Made by a program: the position numbers and the translations under genes
From: an uncultured Gammaproteobacteria bacterium
GTDB taxonomy: Bacteria > Pseudomonadota > Gammaproteobacteria > Pseudomonadales > UBA5518
Length of the DNA: 64,000 nt
Assembly: GCA_903928015.1 (NCBI GenBank)
Contig: CAIYPF010000143.1
Location: 2,980 to 66,979, forward strand
Direction: 5' to 3'
Shown here: in pieces, positions 62,827 through 64,000 of the stretch
Layout of the letters: each line of letters opens with the position of its first letter
Position numbering within the stretch: position 1 is the stretch's first letter
Notes under the pieces: model-generated
Database searches by the model: none
Seen by the model: the letters and a program-made list of their open reading frames with translations, nothing else
What the model was told of the DNA's origin: nothing

Positions 62827-63900
62827 ATGGACTTCGCACTGGACGAACTGCAGACCGATCTCGCGACGCTCGCCGAGCGCATGCTGCGCCGCGCCACGAG
62901 CGTGGCACGGCTGAAGGAGCTGGAAGCCACTGGCACACGGCTGGACAGCGCACTCTGGCAGGAACTGCGTGAAGCAGGCCTGACCGCTGTTGGCCTGCCC
63001 GAAGCCCTGGGTGGTGGGGGGCTGGGATTCTTCGAACACTGTCTGGTGCTGGAGCAGGCAGGCAAAACAGTAGCGCCGGTGCCGCTCGCCTGGCACGGCG
63101 CAGGACTGATGGCGCTCGCGCATGCAGGGCGCAACGCCGAAGCGCAGGCGATCGCGGCGGGCGAAGCCTGGATGGCAGTCTCGAGCCGCCGTGACGCCGG
63201 CAACAGCCTGCGCGCATCGGGCGCCGCCCTGACGGGCCAGCTCGGAGCCGTGTCCTACGCCGCAGGTGCTGCCGCCCTCCTCCTGCCAGCGCGCGTCGAA
63301 GACGGCAGCTGGAGACTCTTTCTGGTCGACGCCAATGCCTCCGGCATGACACTGCAGGCGCAGGCAAACACGGCGCTGGAACCCGCAGCGCGCCTGCAAC
63401 TCGATGCGGCAGCGGCCGTGCCGATCGGCGACGCAACGACACCCGACTGGCTGCACCAGCGCCTGCTGGTTGCCAGCGCAGCGGTGCAGGTGGGTGTGCT
63501 CGAAGAGACCATCGCCATGACCACGCGCTATGTCTCGGAGCGCGAGCAGTTCGGCATGAAGATCGGCAGTTTCCAGTCGGTGAGCCACCGCATGGCCGAT
63601 GCCTGGATCGATCTGATGAACCTGCGGCTGCTGGCGCGCAGTACGGCATCCACCCTCGACCGCGAGCCACTGGCATCGCTGGACGCGCTGTCGACCCAGC
63701 TCTGGTGCGCGGAAGCCGGGCACCGCGTGATGGCCAGTTGCCAACACGTGCACGGCGGCATGGGTCATGACCGCGACTATCCCCTGTGGCGTTACGCACT
63801 GCTCGCGCGCCAGAACGAAATGGCCCATCAGGGCCAGAGCGCCTGCCTCGCCGAACTGGGCTCGGAAATAGCCCGGTCGCCGTCGCTGGCGGTACTCTGA
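62827..63900 (+). CDS. Acyl-CoA-dehydrogenase-family protein (possible non-catalytic beta-type partner)
   Basis: 357-aa ACAD fold (ERMLRRA..., HVHGGMGHDRDYPLWRY). The usual GT-x-EIQ catalytic-base motif is replaced by RQNEMAHQG. Confidence 0.7.
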   Translation: MDFALDELQTDLATLAERMLRRATSVARLKELEATGTRLDSALWQELREAGLTAVGLPEALGGGGLGFFEHCLVLEQAGKTVAPVPLAWHGAGLMALAHAGRNAEAQAIAAGEAWMAVSSRRDAGNSLRASGAALTGQLGAVSYAAGAAALLLPARVEDGSWRLFLVDANASGMTLQAQANTALEPAARLQLDAAAAVPIGDATTPDWLHQRLLVASAAVQVGVLEETIAMTTRYVSEREQFGMKIGSFQSVSHRMADAWIDLMNLRLLARSTASTLDREPLASLDALSTQLWCAEAGHRVMASCQHVHGGMGHDRDYPLWRYALLARQNEMAHQGQSACLAELGSEIARSPSLAVL

Positions 63901-63937
63901 CTCCCTCCCATCCACACCCCCGGACGGCACGCTCCTC

Positions 63938-64000
63938 ATGGCCATAGCCCACTACCCCAGTCTTCTTGCGCCCGGCAGCATCGGCGCGATGCGCCTGCGC
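63938..64000 (+). CDS. Start of a further OYE-like NADH:flavin oxidoreductase (3' end outside window)
   Basis: Only 21 codons are present: MAIAHYPSLLAPGSIGAMRLR. This matches the N-terminal pattern of the FadH-like protein at 55049 (LLSPVAIGTLQLRNR). Confidence 0.4.
   Translation, partial: MAIAHYPSLLAPGSIGAMRLR

Noticed and set aside
61468-63945. 825-aa minus-strand ORF spanning the two acyl-CoA dehydrogenase genes. Similar antisense ORFs lie at 17103-19334, 26871-27920, 29649-30836 and 47289-48839.
   Set aside because: All lie antisense to ORFs with strong family motifs and have no motifs of their own. They are high-GC open-frame artefacts.

Overview
This is a 64-kb, GC-rich (about two-thirds G+C), gene-dense chromosomal segment that looks proteobacterial. 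No rRNA, tRNA, CRISPR array, transposase or integrase was recognised. All product calls come from reading motifs in the supplied translations, with no database search. Most long ORFs antisense to real genes are high-GC artefacts.

Almost all of the window is catabolic:
- **1-5.7 kb:** two CrtI-like flavoproteins, a KstD/fumarate-reductase-like flavoprotein, a KshA-like Rieske oxygenase and a TauE-like membrane protein.
- **5.7-16.4 kb:** a long minus-strand operon, divergent from an IclR regulator. It has two class-III aminotransferases, two aldehyde dehydrogenases (one ALDH7/AmaB-like), a two-subunit CoA-transferase and an SDR. A secreted TolB-propeller/PHP-type metallohydrolase is embedded in it.
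- **17-24 kb:** miscellaneous genes, namely a TPR-sulfotransferase, an M20 peptidase, a tandem-MarR / fatty-acid hydroxylase / Asp-beta-hydroxylase operon, and a DMT transporter.
- **24-30.8 kb and 45.5-64 kb:** steroid- or alicyclic-type catabolic genes. These include a Rieske oxygenase, a DUF35 + thiolase pair, KstD-like flavoproteins, SDRs, an acyl-CoA dehydrogenase pair, FadH/BaiH-like flavoproteins, a PQQ dehydrogenase and aldehyde dehydrogenases. A hybrid sensor kinase also sits here.

The outlier, and the best candidate for something undescribed, is one 14.3-kb gene (30837-45101, minus strand). It encodes a 4754-aa YD/RHS-repeat protein with an atypical distal third:
- an Fn3-like insert;
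- four copies of an unrecognised ~50-70-aa 'GTLPxGLVAGxxYYV' module interleaved with YD repeats;
- a Lys-rich, low-GC terminal repeat block;
- no recognisable canonical Rhs core-end motif;
- a LysM domain, a Gly/Ala-rich multi-helix hydrophobic cluster, and about 450 further residues of unknown function.

The window contains no secretion-system, chaperone or immunity gene next to it.
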